A DNA stretch of 64,000 bases from Octopus vulgaris (GCA_951406725.2 OX597832.1:19096001-19160000); one strand, 5' to 3'; positions 42,970 to 56,996 are shown, numbered from the stretch's first letter. Notes: a model not told the origin generated them from the letters alone. Numbers and translations: made by a program.

Positions 42970-43571
42970 TATTTCTTTACTACCCACAAGGGGATAAACA
43001 CAGAGGGGACAAACAAGGACAGGCAAACGGATTAAGTCGATTATATCGACTCCAGTGCGTAATTGGTACTTATTTAATCGACCCCGAAAGGATTAAAGGC
43101 AAAGTCGACCTCGGCGGAATTTGAACTCAGAACGTAATGGCAGACAAAATACCTATTTCTTTATTACCCACAAGGAGCTAAACACAGATAGGACAAACAA
43201 AGACAGACAAAGGGATTAAGACTATTATATCGACCCCAGTGCGTAACTGGTACTTAATTTAATGACCTCCAAAAGGATGAAAAGTAAAGTCAACCTCGGC
43301 GGAATATGAACTCAGAACGTAGCGGCAGACAAAATACCTATTTCTTTATTACCCACAAGGGGCTAAACATAGAGGGGACAAACAAGGACAGGAAAACGGA
43401 TTAAGTCGATTACATCGACCCTAGTGCATAACTGGTACTTAATTTATCGACCCCGAATGGATGAAAGGCAAAGTCGACCTCGGCGGAATTTAAACTCAGA
43501 ACGTAGCTGCAGACGAAATACCAGTAAGCATTTCACCCGGCGTGCTAACGTTTCTGCCAGCTCGCCGCCTT
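42970..43571 (-). mobile_element. SINE C: one head followed by three tandem ~185-bp body units
   Basis: Head (reverse complement aaggcggcgagctggcagaaacgttagcacgccggg) at 43522-43571. Unit boundaries at ~42970, 43153 and 43338. Confidence 0.9.
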
Positions 43572-44034
43572 TTATATGCATGTGAATGCAGATATGTGTG
43601 TGAGTGAGCATTATTTTTTTTGCGTATAGGTGTGTCTTAGATAGTTATTATTTCGTATCATATATTTTACTAAAATCTGTACAAGAGTACAAATTTTACA
43701 CGATATCATAGCAGACTGACAACAACAAAAATACATTACATTATTGCACTGCTAGATATGTATACGGTACAGCGGAGAGAAAAAGACGCACAATGGCACA
43801 CGCACACACACACACATACACGCATACACACGCACATGCCAATATATAAATGAATAACAAAATACATATACACACATACAAACACACATATATATATATA
43901 TACTTATACATACATATCTATTTATATAGACTAATACAAATTGCATGTGTACCTGAATGTTCTTGTGTCTATCTATGTGTGTCACTCCCTCTTTCTTTCT
44001 CTGTCTCTGTCTCTCTGTCTCTCTGTCTCTCTCT

Positions 44035-44185
<151 letters not shown>

Positions 44186-44190
44186 CATAC

Positions 44191-44276
<86 letters not shown>

Positions 44277-44295
44277 CACAACAAATATTTAAACG

Positions 44296-44327
<32 letters not shown>

Positions 44328-44348
44328 AATATATATATATACATGCAT

Positions 44349-44477
<129 letters not shown>

Positions 44478-45066
44478 ATTCTAAATGCGGGAGTGCATGT
44501 ATATATGTGTGTGTTAATTCATGTTCTTTATATTAATCTTTATCTGGTATTTTGTGTTGCCAGACCTCTCGATATGCAATGTTACACGCCGACCGTTTGC
44601 ATTGTAATTTATACATTCTACACCTGCAGTCTTTCCGTGGGGGAAGGGAGTGTTGTGAGAGATTCAATTACAATCCGGGAGGGACTTTCTCTTTGAGGTT
44701 TAGCAAGATCAGAACGTGATTTATGACTGTGCGTATGAACTTAAAATCTATAGCGCACATATATTACCATTTAATACATTTGCACACTTGCTCTCTAACA
44801 TGTATACATACATACATATATTAATCATACGTACATACATACATACATACATATACACATACTTACATATATGTCTGTATTTTATCAGTTTGATTCAGTT
44901 CCGCATTGCTTCAGGTGTCCTGTGTGGGAGACATGTCCACCTCATCTGGGGTTTTTTGGAGTGGTTTTTAAAACAGAATTTAGAGAATTTAAAAGAAATA
45001 TAAAATTTAACAGATTTTTTCTATTTCAGTCTGTTCATAACATATTCTAACTGTACACATATTCAT

Positions 45067-45109
<43 letters not shown>

Positions 45110-45365
45110 ATGAGTGTGTGTGTGTGTGTACGTGCGTGCGTGTGTGTGTGTGTGTGTGTTTGTGTGTGCGTGTGTATACACGTGGGCGTATTTATATACC
45201 TATGACAGGACGTCAGTCTTTTGCAGGACAACTTTTCTAGTCAGTTCTGCGAACTGAGGAATGGTGTGTTTTTTTTTCTTCAAGCACAACACATCGCCTG
45301 GTCTAGGAATCGAAACCACACTCTTGCGACCATTAAAACAGCAGGCTAACCACTATGCCGCCTTA

Positions 45366-45562
<197 letters not shown>

Positions 45563-45612
45563 TATAGACAACAAGCATATGTTTAGTTTAACACTCAGGA
45601 AGGTGAGAAATT

Positions 45613-45648
45613 CTTTTATGTTTCGATCCTACGCTCTTCAATAGAAAG
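45613..45648 (-). ncRNA. Degenerate minimal hammerhead motif
   Basis: Reverse complement cttt-CTaTTGA-agagcgtaggatc-GAAAC-aTA-aaag. Same layout as 37143; several core substitutions. Confidence 0.4.
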
Positions 45649-45844
45649 GAATACGATGAAATAAACATAGACAGATTTTAAATGTTTTGGAGCTAGCGTT
45701 CAATACATGGAAGTATGTATGTGTATAATTGCATATATATTTAAGCATTCATATGTGCATGTTCATGGGTGCTTCTATATGTAATTATCAAAATGTTGAA
45801 ACATTTATACTACTAAGTCCTAGATATTATCGTTGTCCTTTTAA

Positions 45845-46272
45845 CAGGAGTGACTATGTGGTAAGTAGCTTGCTAACCAACCACATGGTGTCGGGTTCAG
45901 TTCCACTGCGCGGCATCTTGGGCAAGAGTCTTCCGCAATAGCCACGGGCCGACCAATGCCTTGTGAGTGGATTTGGTAGACGGAAACTGAAAGAAGCCCG
46001 TCGTATATATATATATATATATATATATTTGTGTGTGTGTGTGTGTATGTTGTGTGTGTGTGTATGTCTGTGTTTGTCCCCCTAGCATTGCTTGACAACC
46101 GATGCTGGTGTGTTTACGTCCCCGTCACAATTAGCGGTTCGGCAAAAGAGACCGATAGAATAAGTACTGGGCTTATAAAGAATAAGTCCCGGGGTCGATT
46201 TGCTCGACTAAAGGCGGTGCTCCAGCATGGCCACAGTCAAATGACTGAAACAAGGAAAAGAGGAAAAGAGGA
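45845..46272 (+). mobile_element. SINE A full length
   Basis: Head, internal (TA)n(TG)n and tail all present. Confidence 0.9.
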
Positions 46273-46810
46273 AAAAAAAAAGAGTAATTTTGTACGCTTA
46301 TGTATTCGAGACAGGTAGTTTGAAATAAGTACCAGGTAAATTACTAGGGATGTCTATCTGACTGACTCAATCACTCGAAGTCTGTGTTCCAGCATATCTG
46401 TTTGCAGATGAACTGACTGAAACTCGAGAAACAATAAAATAGCAATGTTTAACCCACTCCTTCTGTTTGTCTTCAAATCGTAGTCTTTCACGCCGCTAGC
46501 GTCGATAAAATAATTATCGGTCAAGTATTATCGGTGACTTAATTGATTATGTCCCTTCTGTACAAATTTGTTCTTTCGTATTTACATAAGAAATCAATAC
46601 TTTGTTTGTTTTACTTTTTTAGTGTTCTAACTGTTGTTCTCGTTGTTCTTTAGCTCTAGGTCATCCAAGATCAAGTAGATTTATGATCAGAGTAGTTTAG
46701 TGGTAAAAATGTGATCCCAGCATAATGTGTCACTTTTTTTCTTTTTTTTTTTTTTTTTTAGAAGTGGGTTTCTGGTTGGAGACATAAAGTTATATGCTAC
46801 TGCATCCTTA

Positions 46811-47046
46811 CAAGGCGGCGAGCTGGCTGAAACGTTAGCACGCCGGGCGAAATGCGTAGCCGTATTTCGTCTGACATTACGTTCTGAGTTCAAATACTGC
46901 CGAGGCCCAATCTGCCTTTCATCCTTTCGGGGTCGATAAATTAAGTACCATTTACGCACTGGGGTCGATGTAATCGACTTAATCCGTTTGTCTGTCGTTG
47001 TTTGTCACCTCTGTGTTTAGCCCCTTGTGGGTAGTAAAGAAATAGA
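46811..47046 (+). mobile_element. SINE C full-length monomer with 13-bp TSD
   Basis: B box gagttcaaatac. TSD tactgcatcctta (46798-46810) / tactgcatgctta (47047-47059). Confidence 0.9.
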
Positions 47047-48882
47047 TACTGCATGCTTAAGTTTTTTTTTCCATTTCTATATTTAATATGCTGGCTTCCG
47101 ATTGCCCTTGTGGGCAATATAGAAATAAAAGGGGACAACAAAGGACAGAGAAAGGGATTAAACAGATTACATCGACCCCAGTGCGTATATTGCTGTAAAT
47201 ATGTAGTATTATATAGAAGACTATGAGTACATTTCTAAGGAGTGAAAGGAGTTTATCTTGATGACATGCCTCGATAAGTTTACCATAAGGGAAAAGAGAA
47301 ATGTGAGAGATAACATTTGCTTCTCGTTCCTTGAAGGTATTAAAAACCGAATATAAGAACCAGGCATGCAGCTCAGAAAGTTTTGTAAAATGACATTCCT
47401 ACATTAAGAAGCACTCTGCCTCATTAGTGTCACTAATGAGTCCAAGAAAGGCATGAGCATGATACAGTCTCATATTCTCCTTATTTCAAAAACTGGGGGG
47501 CCTCAGAAAAGTGACTGCAGTAACGAGTATTTAAAATACTTTCTTCCATATTCGATTTCAAGATAAATGAATAACATAAAATTACGTCGTTAAAAAATTG
47601 CTGAACATATTTATGATTTGATTTTGTTTTGATTGTTTTTTTCTTCGCTGTGTGTGTAAAAATAATCCATATTTTCTGAATCGAATGTTTAAATGTTCAT
47701 GTCAGCATGGCTAATTAACAAAAATACTGTTTAATTTTCTTTCCTGTAATTTTTGATTAGCTTTCTATTTTCTAATTGCAGTTTCATTTTCTTTCTTGCT
47801 TTTTTTTTCTGAATTATTTATATTTTTAAAAATTATTTTCAATAGAATAAGCTCTATCATTGCTAATGAGACGTCAAGAAATCTCATACCTTCACTAATG
47901 AACATGAAATGCAAAGTAATATTCAGAATTAGGCCCTATACAACCACTACGTTGTTGGCGAAGGCACCTGCGGATAAATTTATTTTCGTATAGTTTAATA
48001 AAATCCCAACTCACCCTGTTTGAGCACTCACTATCTTAAGGCTGTTTTTAACGGTGTAATTTACAGCAGTTAAGTATGCTAATTCAAAAGTTAAAAATAA
48101 AATGTGAAGCTTTGACCTTCATGATTTTCACAATTTTTTTCTCTTTAAGTTTTCCAGACTAAAACTCGAAACTGGCAAGTAGATGCCAACTACGAGAAAT
48201 ACCTACACATCATCATAAAAACATCTCTGAGCAGTTGTATCTTTGTCGAACAATAAGCAAAAAGTATTGTTTAGTTATTTGGTGATTGCGCAATCACAGC
48301 ATTGGCACATATATTGAAATGCATACTTCACTGAGGAGGTTAAAAAATTCCGAAACATGTGACAGTTTCTATCATCTCTTCTAAAACAATATAATATTGT
48401 CTGTTGGCTATCATTATTCCTTTCTTTCCCTGAACACATAATTATCATCTATTGTTAATATTGACTAATATTGTTGCTTTTCTTCTTTCGTTACCTCATA
48501 GATGTTTCTAAGTACGACATTCAATGTCTAGAGGACTAAAAACTTAACATAATCTAAATAAAATGGAAGTAGAATAACAAACAGTTTAAAAACGGACTAA
48601 AGCAATTTTAGTAATTATTGTAAAGCTTTCATAAAAATATGTGATTTCATTCCCCGAGAATGAATAACTTTTGGTTATAATCATACCGATAATTATTTAT
48701 CAAAAGTTTCTAGATAGTCAATGGAAAGATTATAACATATACATACGTGCTTGTGAGACACAGAGACAGAGAGTGTGTGTGAGTGTGGAAGGAAAAGACG
48801 GAATAAATTATTGCTCGATACGTATATTAATTTCAAACAGTGTTCAGAGATTTAGCACTGTTTGCCTTAAATTATTACTATA

Positions 48883-49770
48883 TAGGATCACTAATATTGT
48901 TTTCAAATTTTGGCAAAATGCCAGCTATTTCGGGTGGGGAGGCGTTAACTCGATTAATTTAACTCCAGCGCTCAAGCTGTAAGTATTTTATCGAGATAAT
49001 GAAAGGTGAAGTTGAGCTCCGCCTTATTTGAAATCACAACTTGAAGACAGACGAATGCCTCTAAGAATTTCTCCCGGTGTGCTAACGATACTGCCAGCTC
49101 ACCGCCTTGGGCCAATAACAATATTGATTTCAAATCTTGGCACTATGCCAGCAATTTCGGAAAGTTGGCTAAGTCGATTACATCGACCTCACTGTCTAAC
49201 TGGTACTTATTTTATTGAGACCGGATGAAAGGCAATGTCGACTTACGAGAAATTTGAATTCAGAAAGTAAAGTCTAACGAAGTGTCGTTAAGCATTTTGT
49301 CCGTCGTACAAACGATTCTACCAGCTCACCACCAACTTGGACGAATAATAATCATTTCTACTATAGGACAAGGCCTGAAATTTGGTTGGAGGGAGGATTA
49401 GATCGACCCCAACACGCAACTTTTCAACCCCGGAGAGATGAAACGCAAAGTAGAACTCAGCGGAATTTAGACCCAGAACGTAACGGCAGACGAAATACCG
49501 CTAAACATATCGCCCGGCATACGAAGGTTTCTTATTTCTTTATTGCACATAGAGGGGACAAACAAGGACAGACAAAAGGATTAAGTCTATTATATCGACA
49601 CCAGTGCGTAACTGGTACTTATTTAATAGACCCCGAAAGGATGAAAGGGAAAGTCGACCTCGGCGGAATTTGAACTCAGAACGTAGCTGCAGATGAAATA
49701 CCGCTAAGGATTTCGCCTGGCATGGTAACGTTTCTGCCAGCTCGCCGCCTTAGGAACAATAACAATATTA
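48883..49770 (-). mobile_element. Cluster of four same-orientation SINE C-related copies of different ages
   Basis: Repeated gatgaaagg..aagt.ga.ctc...gaatttga and tgccagctc.ccgcc blocks. Confidence 0.8.
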
Positions 49771-50260
49771 ATTATAATTGCATACCTCAGTAATGATGGA
49801 CACCTACCGTACTTGTTCAGTGAGTGTTGTTAATTTGTGAAAGTTTTGAAAGATTTTGAAAATCAATGTAGCAATGATTCAATTGGGTATACAATTGATC
49901 AGCATCTTTTAAAAATTAGGACTATTGTTAAAAGAAATGCCTGCGATAGAGTAGTATCAATTAAAGAAAAAAACACTTATTCCAAATTACAGAAGTGTAA
50001 ACGCCGGTTGTTGTTATGACCAAAGGTAAGATTAAAAGTACAGAAAGAAAATGGGAAGAAATTATGTTAAATACCAGTTATTTTCGAAGGCATTTCGGAA
50101 ACTTAATTGGTATGATATAGCTGGCCAATTTCAATCTAATGGTAAGTTAACTGTGACCTCTCGGCCAATAATATTTTTCCGTTTTACATTTTTATTCAAT
50201 AGGATATAATTTGCATTAGTTCTGCAACCTATATACATATATGCGTGTGTGTGTGTATAT

Positions 50261-50324
<64 letters not shown>

Positions 50325-50335
50325 GCATACATATT

Positions 50336-50409
<74 letters not shown>

Positions 50410-50474
50410 TACATATTATATATATATATATACATATATATTTACATAGGTATATACATATATGTGTATATACA

Positions 50475-50530
<56 letters not shown>

Positions 50531-50632
50531 CATAATGAACTATGTACACACATCCATAAAAGCACACATTCATAAAGATAGATAGTTAATAGATAGCTAG
50601 ATAAATAGATAGAAATCAAGTGAAAGATAGAG

Positions 50633-50639
<7 letters not shown>

Positions 50640-50663
<24 letters not shown>

Positions 50664-50684
50664 GACAGGCAGTCAGACAGACAT

Positions 50685-50727
<43 letters not shown>

Positions 50728-50781
50728 CATACATACATACATACATACATACATACATACATACATACATACATACATACA

Positions 50782-50810
<29 letters not shown>
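50640..50810. repeat. (TAGA)n(TACA)n microsatellite (similar tetranucleotide tracts at 54670-54880 and 57730-57822)
   Basis: Directly visible. Confidence 0.95.
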
Positions 50811-50814
<4 letters not shown>

Positions 50815-50951
50815 TTCGAAAACACAGGCCAAACAGATCGGAAAAAGAAATGGATGCAATTAAAGATTTCACGAAGTAGTAGTTCGTTACATTCGTAATT
50901 TTCGGTTATCGATTTGCTTCATCGATAATATTATTCACATTGTGTATGTGA

Positions 50952-51000
<49 letters not shown>

Positions 51001-51065
51001 ATTTATGTGTGAGAGATTGATATGTGTGTGAAAGTGTGTGTGTGTAAGTTTGATTTCTTGAACAT

Positions 51066-51226
51066 GCGTAGGAGTAGCTCTGTGGTAAGTAGCTTGCTTA
51101 ACGACCACATGTTTCCGGGTTCAGCCGCACTGCGTAGCTCCTTGGGCAAGTGCCTTCTACTACAGCCTCGGGCCGAGCAATGCCTTGTGAGTGGATTTGG
51201 TAGACAGAAACTGAAAGAAGCCAGTC

Positions 51227-51292
<66 letters not shown>

Positions 51293-51553
51293 GTGTGTGT
51301 GTCTCTGTGTGTGTGTGCATGTGTGTGTATATGTTTGTGTGTCTGTGTTTGTCACCCGCCCCAACATCGCTTGACAACCGATGCTTGTGTGTTTACGTCC
51401 CTGTAACTTAGCGGTTCGGTAAAAGAGTCCGATAGAATAAGTACTGGGCTTACAAACATTAAGTCCCGGGGTCTCTTTGCTCGACTAAAAGCGGTGCTCC
51501 AGCATGGCCGCAGTCAAATGACTGAAACAAGTAAAAGAGTAAAAAGTAAAGAG
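51066..51553 (+). mobile_element. SINE A full length
   Basis: gcgtaggagtagctctgtggtaag...ccttgggcaagtg...tgactgaaacaagtaaaagagt. Confidence 0.9.
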
Positions 51554-51974
51554 TATGCAGTGAAGACTAAAATAGCGTATGCTCATATTTTTAATGTTTG
51601 TTTTTCATGACATCCATTGGCTAAATAAAATGAAATGTTATTTTAGTTGTCCTTTTAACCGTTACTCTTTTAATGTTGTTTGTTGCTGTTGTTGTTGTTG
51701 GTCATCCAATGTTTTCATGCAGCATATCCTCGATCAAATCGCACTTTACCTCTGACCACCCAGTTCCTTCTTTGTTTTTCACATGGTATAACTCTATTAA
51801 GCTTATCCAGTATGTTCTATCTCTAAGATGAAAGCGTAGGCTCAATGGAAATTTAGCTGCTATTTCTAGCGGCGATGAGATATTTTGTAAGGTACCGTTA
51901 TCATCCGTAATATATTAGCCAGAGTAATCTCTAAGTGGCGGAACGATCTATAAGAAATGATATTCAAATCTCCG

Positions 51975-52390
51975 GGACGGTGAGCTGGAGGAATTGAGAG
52001 CAAGCCGGACAAAATGCTTAGCCACATTTCCGGCTCTTGTTTCAAATGCCACGGAAGTCCTTTTTACCTTTCATATATTTTGGGGTTGATGAAATAAGTC
52101 AATTAATTACTGGTGTACTTAACTGATATTCGAGTATTCCCAGCCCTCAAAATTTCAGGTATTTTGCATCTAGAAGGAAGTGTTACTATTATAAGGAGTT
52201 GAGCTGGCAGAATCGTTAACACGCGAGTGAAAATACTTAGCGGCATGTTGTCAGTCTTTACGTTCTAAGTTCAAATTCTGCCGAGTCATCCTTTCGGTTT
52301 CGATAAAATAAATACCAGTAGAACATGGATGAATATTATTAACTTACCTCTTGCCCCAAAGTTGCTGACATTGCACCAACATTTTAAACC
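51975..52390 (+). mobile_element. Two degenerate SINE C-related copies
   Basis: gagctgg heads at ~51982 and 52201; ttcaaattctgccga. Confidence 0.65.
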
Positions 52391-53089
52391 AATATTATTC
52401 AAATTTCCTCCAAACCACACTAACGTTTTGCAAAGGAAAGAATCTAATCGAAGAACTCTTTATTTCTTTATATATACGCAGGAATATTCCCTATATTTTA
52501 GGAGTGGGTAGCCACAACAAGACACACCAGGCATTCTATTCATTTCCCAGCTCAAAGAGGCGAGCTCTGCCCTATGCTCGGGATCAAGGCATAGAACGCA
52601 ACCCCCCGATATCAGCAGTGGGGCCCGACAGCATATGGTTCACAGAATTGTCACGGCTTCGATAACAGACTCAGAATTAACCAAATTAACAGCAAGAACA
52701 GCGGTATCATGTTACTCGATACAGTATCCTTTTATCATTTGACCAATTTCAACACTATCATCTTATATATGTTTCTGGTAGTTGTAATTATTGTAGAAAT
52801 TGAGGAGCTGAACGGTATTTATGTCTATAAGGATTAGATTACATTTAGACCATTTTCACCGAAGCATACGCAAGCAGCTATGTCGTAGCATCACACCTGG
52901 AATTAAATGATTACATCTGTCTCACCTATGGATCGATTTTCGACTGAGATAATGGGAAACATATGTGACATTTTCAATAAATTTACTACGCATTATATTG
53001 ATATCCCAAGACCAGTTTGTTTTTACTTATTTTCCCTACGATCATTTTGTATTATTGAATGAATTCCTTCAATGCATTACTGGTATAAG

Positions 53090-53792
53090 GAAGGGAGCTG
53101 GCAGAATATACAAGCACGCCGGTTGCAATGCGGAACGGTATTTCGTCCGTTTTTACGCTCTGATTTCAAATTCCACCGGGGTCAACTTCGCTTTTTATCC
53201 TTTCGGGGTCGATAAACTAAATACAAGTTGAGTGCTGAGGTCGATGTAATCGACTTATTCCATCCCCTGAACTTTCTGGGCTTATGCCAATATTTGAAGT
53301 CAACATATTCTTTTCTACTCTAGGCACAAGGCTGGAAATTTTTGGAGAGGGGTGGTGTGCAGTCGTTTAGAACGACCCAGTAAGCAACTGGTACTTAATT
53401 TATCGATCCCGAAACGGTAAAAGGCAAAGTGGAACTCGGCGGAATTTGAACTCAAAGGATGGCAACAGAGGAAATACCTATTTCTTTACTACACACAAAG
53501 GGCTAAACACAGAGGGGACAAAAAAGAACAGACAAACGGATTAAGTCGATTATATCGACCCCAGTACGTAACAGGTACTTAATTAATCGACTCCGAAACG
53601 ATGAAAGGCAAAGTAGAACTCGGCGGAATTTGAACTCAGAAAGTGGCGACAGACGAAATACCACTAAAGCATTTCGCCCGGCGTGCTAATAATTCTCATT
53701 TCTTTATTGCCCGCAAGGGGATAAACATAGAAGGGACAAACAAGGACAGACAAAGGGATTAAGTCGATTACATCGACCCCAGTGAGTAACTG
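53090..53792. mobile_element. SINE C cluster: + copy 53090-53300, then - copies 53310-53792 including a tandem body junction
   Basis: Family signature sequences; junction gaaatacctatttctttacta at ~53471-53491. Confidence 0.85.
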
Positions 53793-53794
53793 TT

Positions 53795-54171
53795 CACGCA
53801 AAAAGTGACACCGACAGACTGTATGTACCAAGAAAAGTGGGGGAAGAGGACTTATTGGATATGAACACAGCATTAGAGGAGAAGAAAACAGCATATCGTG
53901 GTATGTAAAAAAATGCCACAGAACCGCTATTATTAGATGTAGCAAGGACAGGCTTGTGTAAGGTGAAGGATTGCAAAGATAAAGCAGTATACAAGATACT
54001 AAAAACGAATGAAACTGAAAATAGATGGGTAAAGAAGAGAATGCATGGTCAATTTCATAGGGATGTTGAAGATAAGACAGCCAGAGATGGCTGTGGATGA
54101 CTGAAAGTGATTTAGAACTGGAAATGGAGGCTGTAATCTGTGTTGCCCAAGAGCAAGCACTAAGAACAAAT
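53795..54171 (+). mobile_element. R4/Dong-type non-LTR retrotransposon fragment (post-RT region)
   Basis: With frameshifts it reads HAKSDTDRLYVPRK.GGRGLIG...NRWVKKRMHGQFHRDV...WLWMTESDLELEMEAVICVAQEQALRTN. These motifs are typical of R4/Dong/Rex6 ORFs (from recall). Confidence 0.85.
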
Positions 54172-54671
54172 GGATTTCTATGAGGAATAGAAGTCAATGA
54201 GTGAGAAAATATTGGAATAAAACAATATAAAATTAGGATATGAAAATCTGGAAACAGAATAAAAATGAGATTAAAAATAAAGGAAAAAGGAGAAAGAGAA
54301 AATGGATATTGTTTCACGGATACAAATACAACGGAAGTTTATAGGGAAAAAAATAATGAGAAGTGCGGAAGAGGACCCGGTGTCTGAATCGATCAGGTAT
54401 ATATTAGAGTGGAGAAATGATCGATGAGGTAGACAGGAAGTGTTGGCGGAAGAGAGAGAGAGAGGGAGATAGAGAGAGAGATAGAAAGGGAGGTGGAGAG
54501 ATATTTGAAGGAAAAAGACTGTGGGGATCTGAAACTTATGAGGAAATCTAATCAAAATATTATGTAAAACGTTTCCGTGACAGGTAAAAATCGAGATTCT
54601 GCTGCTCATGAACTACGCCGAAGTGATAATGAATATATTTCAAGCTACCCGTCTATCTGTGTATCTGTCTG

Positions 54672-54743
<72 letters not shown>

Positions 54744-54744
54744 C

Positions 54745-54819
<75 letters not shown>

Positions 54820-54949
54820 CCTACCTACCTACCTACTTACCTACCTATCTACCTATCTATCTATCTATCTTTCTATCTATCTGTGTGTCTGTCTGTGTGT
54901 CTGTCTGTCTGTCTGCCTGTCGGTCTATCTATTTATCTGTATGTATGTA

Positions 54950-55180
54950 TTCTTTTCTTTTATTCTTTTACATGTTCTGATTGTGACCATGCTGGAGCAC
55001 CACCTTTTAGTCGAAGAAATTGTTCCCTGGACCTATTCTTTGCAAGACTGGTACTTAGTCTATCTAAGTCTTTTGCCGAATCGCCATTTTACGGGGACAT
55101 ACAAATACCAACATTGGGTGTCAAGCGATGGGGGTCGGGGGATCAAACGCAGACACAAATTCACAAATATACATATATAT
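54950..55180 (-). mobile_element. SINE A 3' half
   Basis: gaccatgctggagcaccacc...tgtcaagcgatgggg. Confidence 0.75.
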
Positions 55181-55209
55181 ATATATATATTTTCAATTAA
55201 TAAGTGGAA

Positions 55210-55380
55210 TGACCACTAAGGTGGATTCCTATACGCTAGAGATAGACGTCAAATCGCCTTACCACAAAGAGTGTGTTCTCAAGAAGAAAAAAAAACGCAA
55301 AAATGTAAAAAAATAAGCAAGACAAATGAAAATTTACAAAATAAAACGATTACCAACGTATCATGATTTCATTATTAATA
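55210..55380 (-). mobile_element. Third copy of the 7757/8291 repeat with the 3' half of the hammerhead
   Basis: gaccactaag.tgga...tagacgtcaaatcgcc...tgtgttctcaa...aaaaataagcaagaca. Reverse complement GAAA-TCATGA-TA at 55370-55359. Confidence 0.75.
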
Positions 55381-55404
55381 CATATATTATAAGTATTAAT
55401 AATG

Positions 55405-55563
55405 AGGGAGTGGCTGTGTGGTAAATAGCTTGCTTACAAACCACATGGTTCCGGATTCAGTTCCACTGCATGGTACTTTGGGCAAGTGTCTTCTATTATA
55501 GCCTCGGGCCGACCAAAGCCTTGTGAGTGGATTTGGCAGACGGAAACTGAAAGAAGCCCGTCG

Positions 55564-55650
<87 letters not shown>

Positions 55651-55838
55651 GTGTGTGTGTTTGTGTGTCTGAGTTTGTCCACCCACCAACATCGCTTGAC
55701 AACCGATGCTGGTGCGTTTATGTCCCCGTAATTTAGTGGTTCGGCAAAAGAGACCGATAGAATAAGTAGTCCTGGGGACGATTTGCTCGACTAAAAGGCG
55801 GTGCTCCAGCATTGCCGCAGTCAAATGACTGAAACTAG

Positions 55839-55842
<4 letters not shown>
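55405..55842 (+). mobile_element. SINE A full length
   Basis: ggagtggctgtgtggtaaatagc...cagtcaaatgactgaaactagta. Confidence 0.9.
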
Positions 55843-55904
<62 letters not shown>

Positions 55905-56889
55905 TCTGTGTGCTTGTATGCTTATATATAAGTGTATGCATGTGTATACTATTTTTGAACTCGTCCGCTAATTAAGCATTTTATGTCTGTGTTATTGTAA
56001 GCGTTTCTGTTTAGGTACGTATAGATCGCTCAAATATGTCTAGGTCTGTACATGTATGTGTAAGATTGTATGTATGCTTATAGGTGTGCGTTGATACGTA
56101 TCTTTGTGAATGAATATTTGCTTGCATTCGTATACACATCTGTTACAACTATAAATATTGCCAATTAGTGAATAGCTGTCAGGGATACAATGAGTGTGTA
56201 TGTGTTTGTACTAACGTTTATTGACGTGCGTCAAATTCTGTCCACACGTGTATAATATTGACTCAACTAATTACTATATATATACAGAGAAAGAGAGCGA
56301 GAGAGAGAGAGAGAAAGTAGTTGTATGTATGCATACATACCTACATGTGTATGTTGGAATTGAATATGTTTGTGTTTCTGCTAATTAATTTTGGAAATAT
56401 CTATATACCTGTTTTAATATGTATATACCTGTTTTAATTTCAAAATATTTTTTCTATAATTAGTGGTGGGGGAAAAATATGTCTAGAGCATCAGTAATCA
56501 ATTCCATCGATTTGACAAAGTAAAGGGTAATATCAGCTGCGGACTAAACGAATCTAAACATAGCAACAGACTGCAAGATATTCCTCAAACATTCATAGTT
56601 GCGTAAGCATTATTACAGGCCCACAGGCAAATCCATACACTCAGGCGTATGATATTTATATAATGGCGAGGACACCATGCATACGTGCAAGCACGGCTGG
56701 AGGGTTAAGATGTCCGTTTTTCCTTCCACGTGATACAGTCCTATTGCGTTTTACCTTGGGCAAGTATCTTCTATTATAGCCCCGGGGCGACCAAACAGGT
56801 CAATACCTTGTGAGGGAATTTGGTAGACAGAAAGTGGTGGCGGGAGGAGTCCTCAAAGGAAGGCTTTAAATAATTAAAAACAGAAGAGG

Positions 56890-56922
<33 letters not shown>

Positions 56923-56960
56923 CATGTATACACACACATATACATGCATGCATACATACA

Positions 56961-56996
<36 letters not shown>

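Noticed and set aside
48326-48370. CTGAGGA-gg...cc-GAAAC-atgt-gac hammerhead-like motif
   Set aside because: U16.1 is absent and there is no helix I pairing; at best a heavily decayed relic.
51511-51540. SINE A tail agtca-aa-tgact-GAAAC-aa-GTA resembling half a hammerhead
   Set aside because: No CUGANGA upstream in the copies I examined; better explained as a LINE-recognition stem-loop.
52500-52742. GC-richer island with one open frame
   Set aside because: No recognisable protein motif or consistent splice sites.
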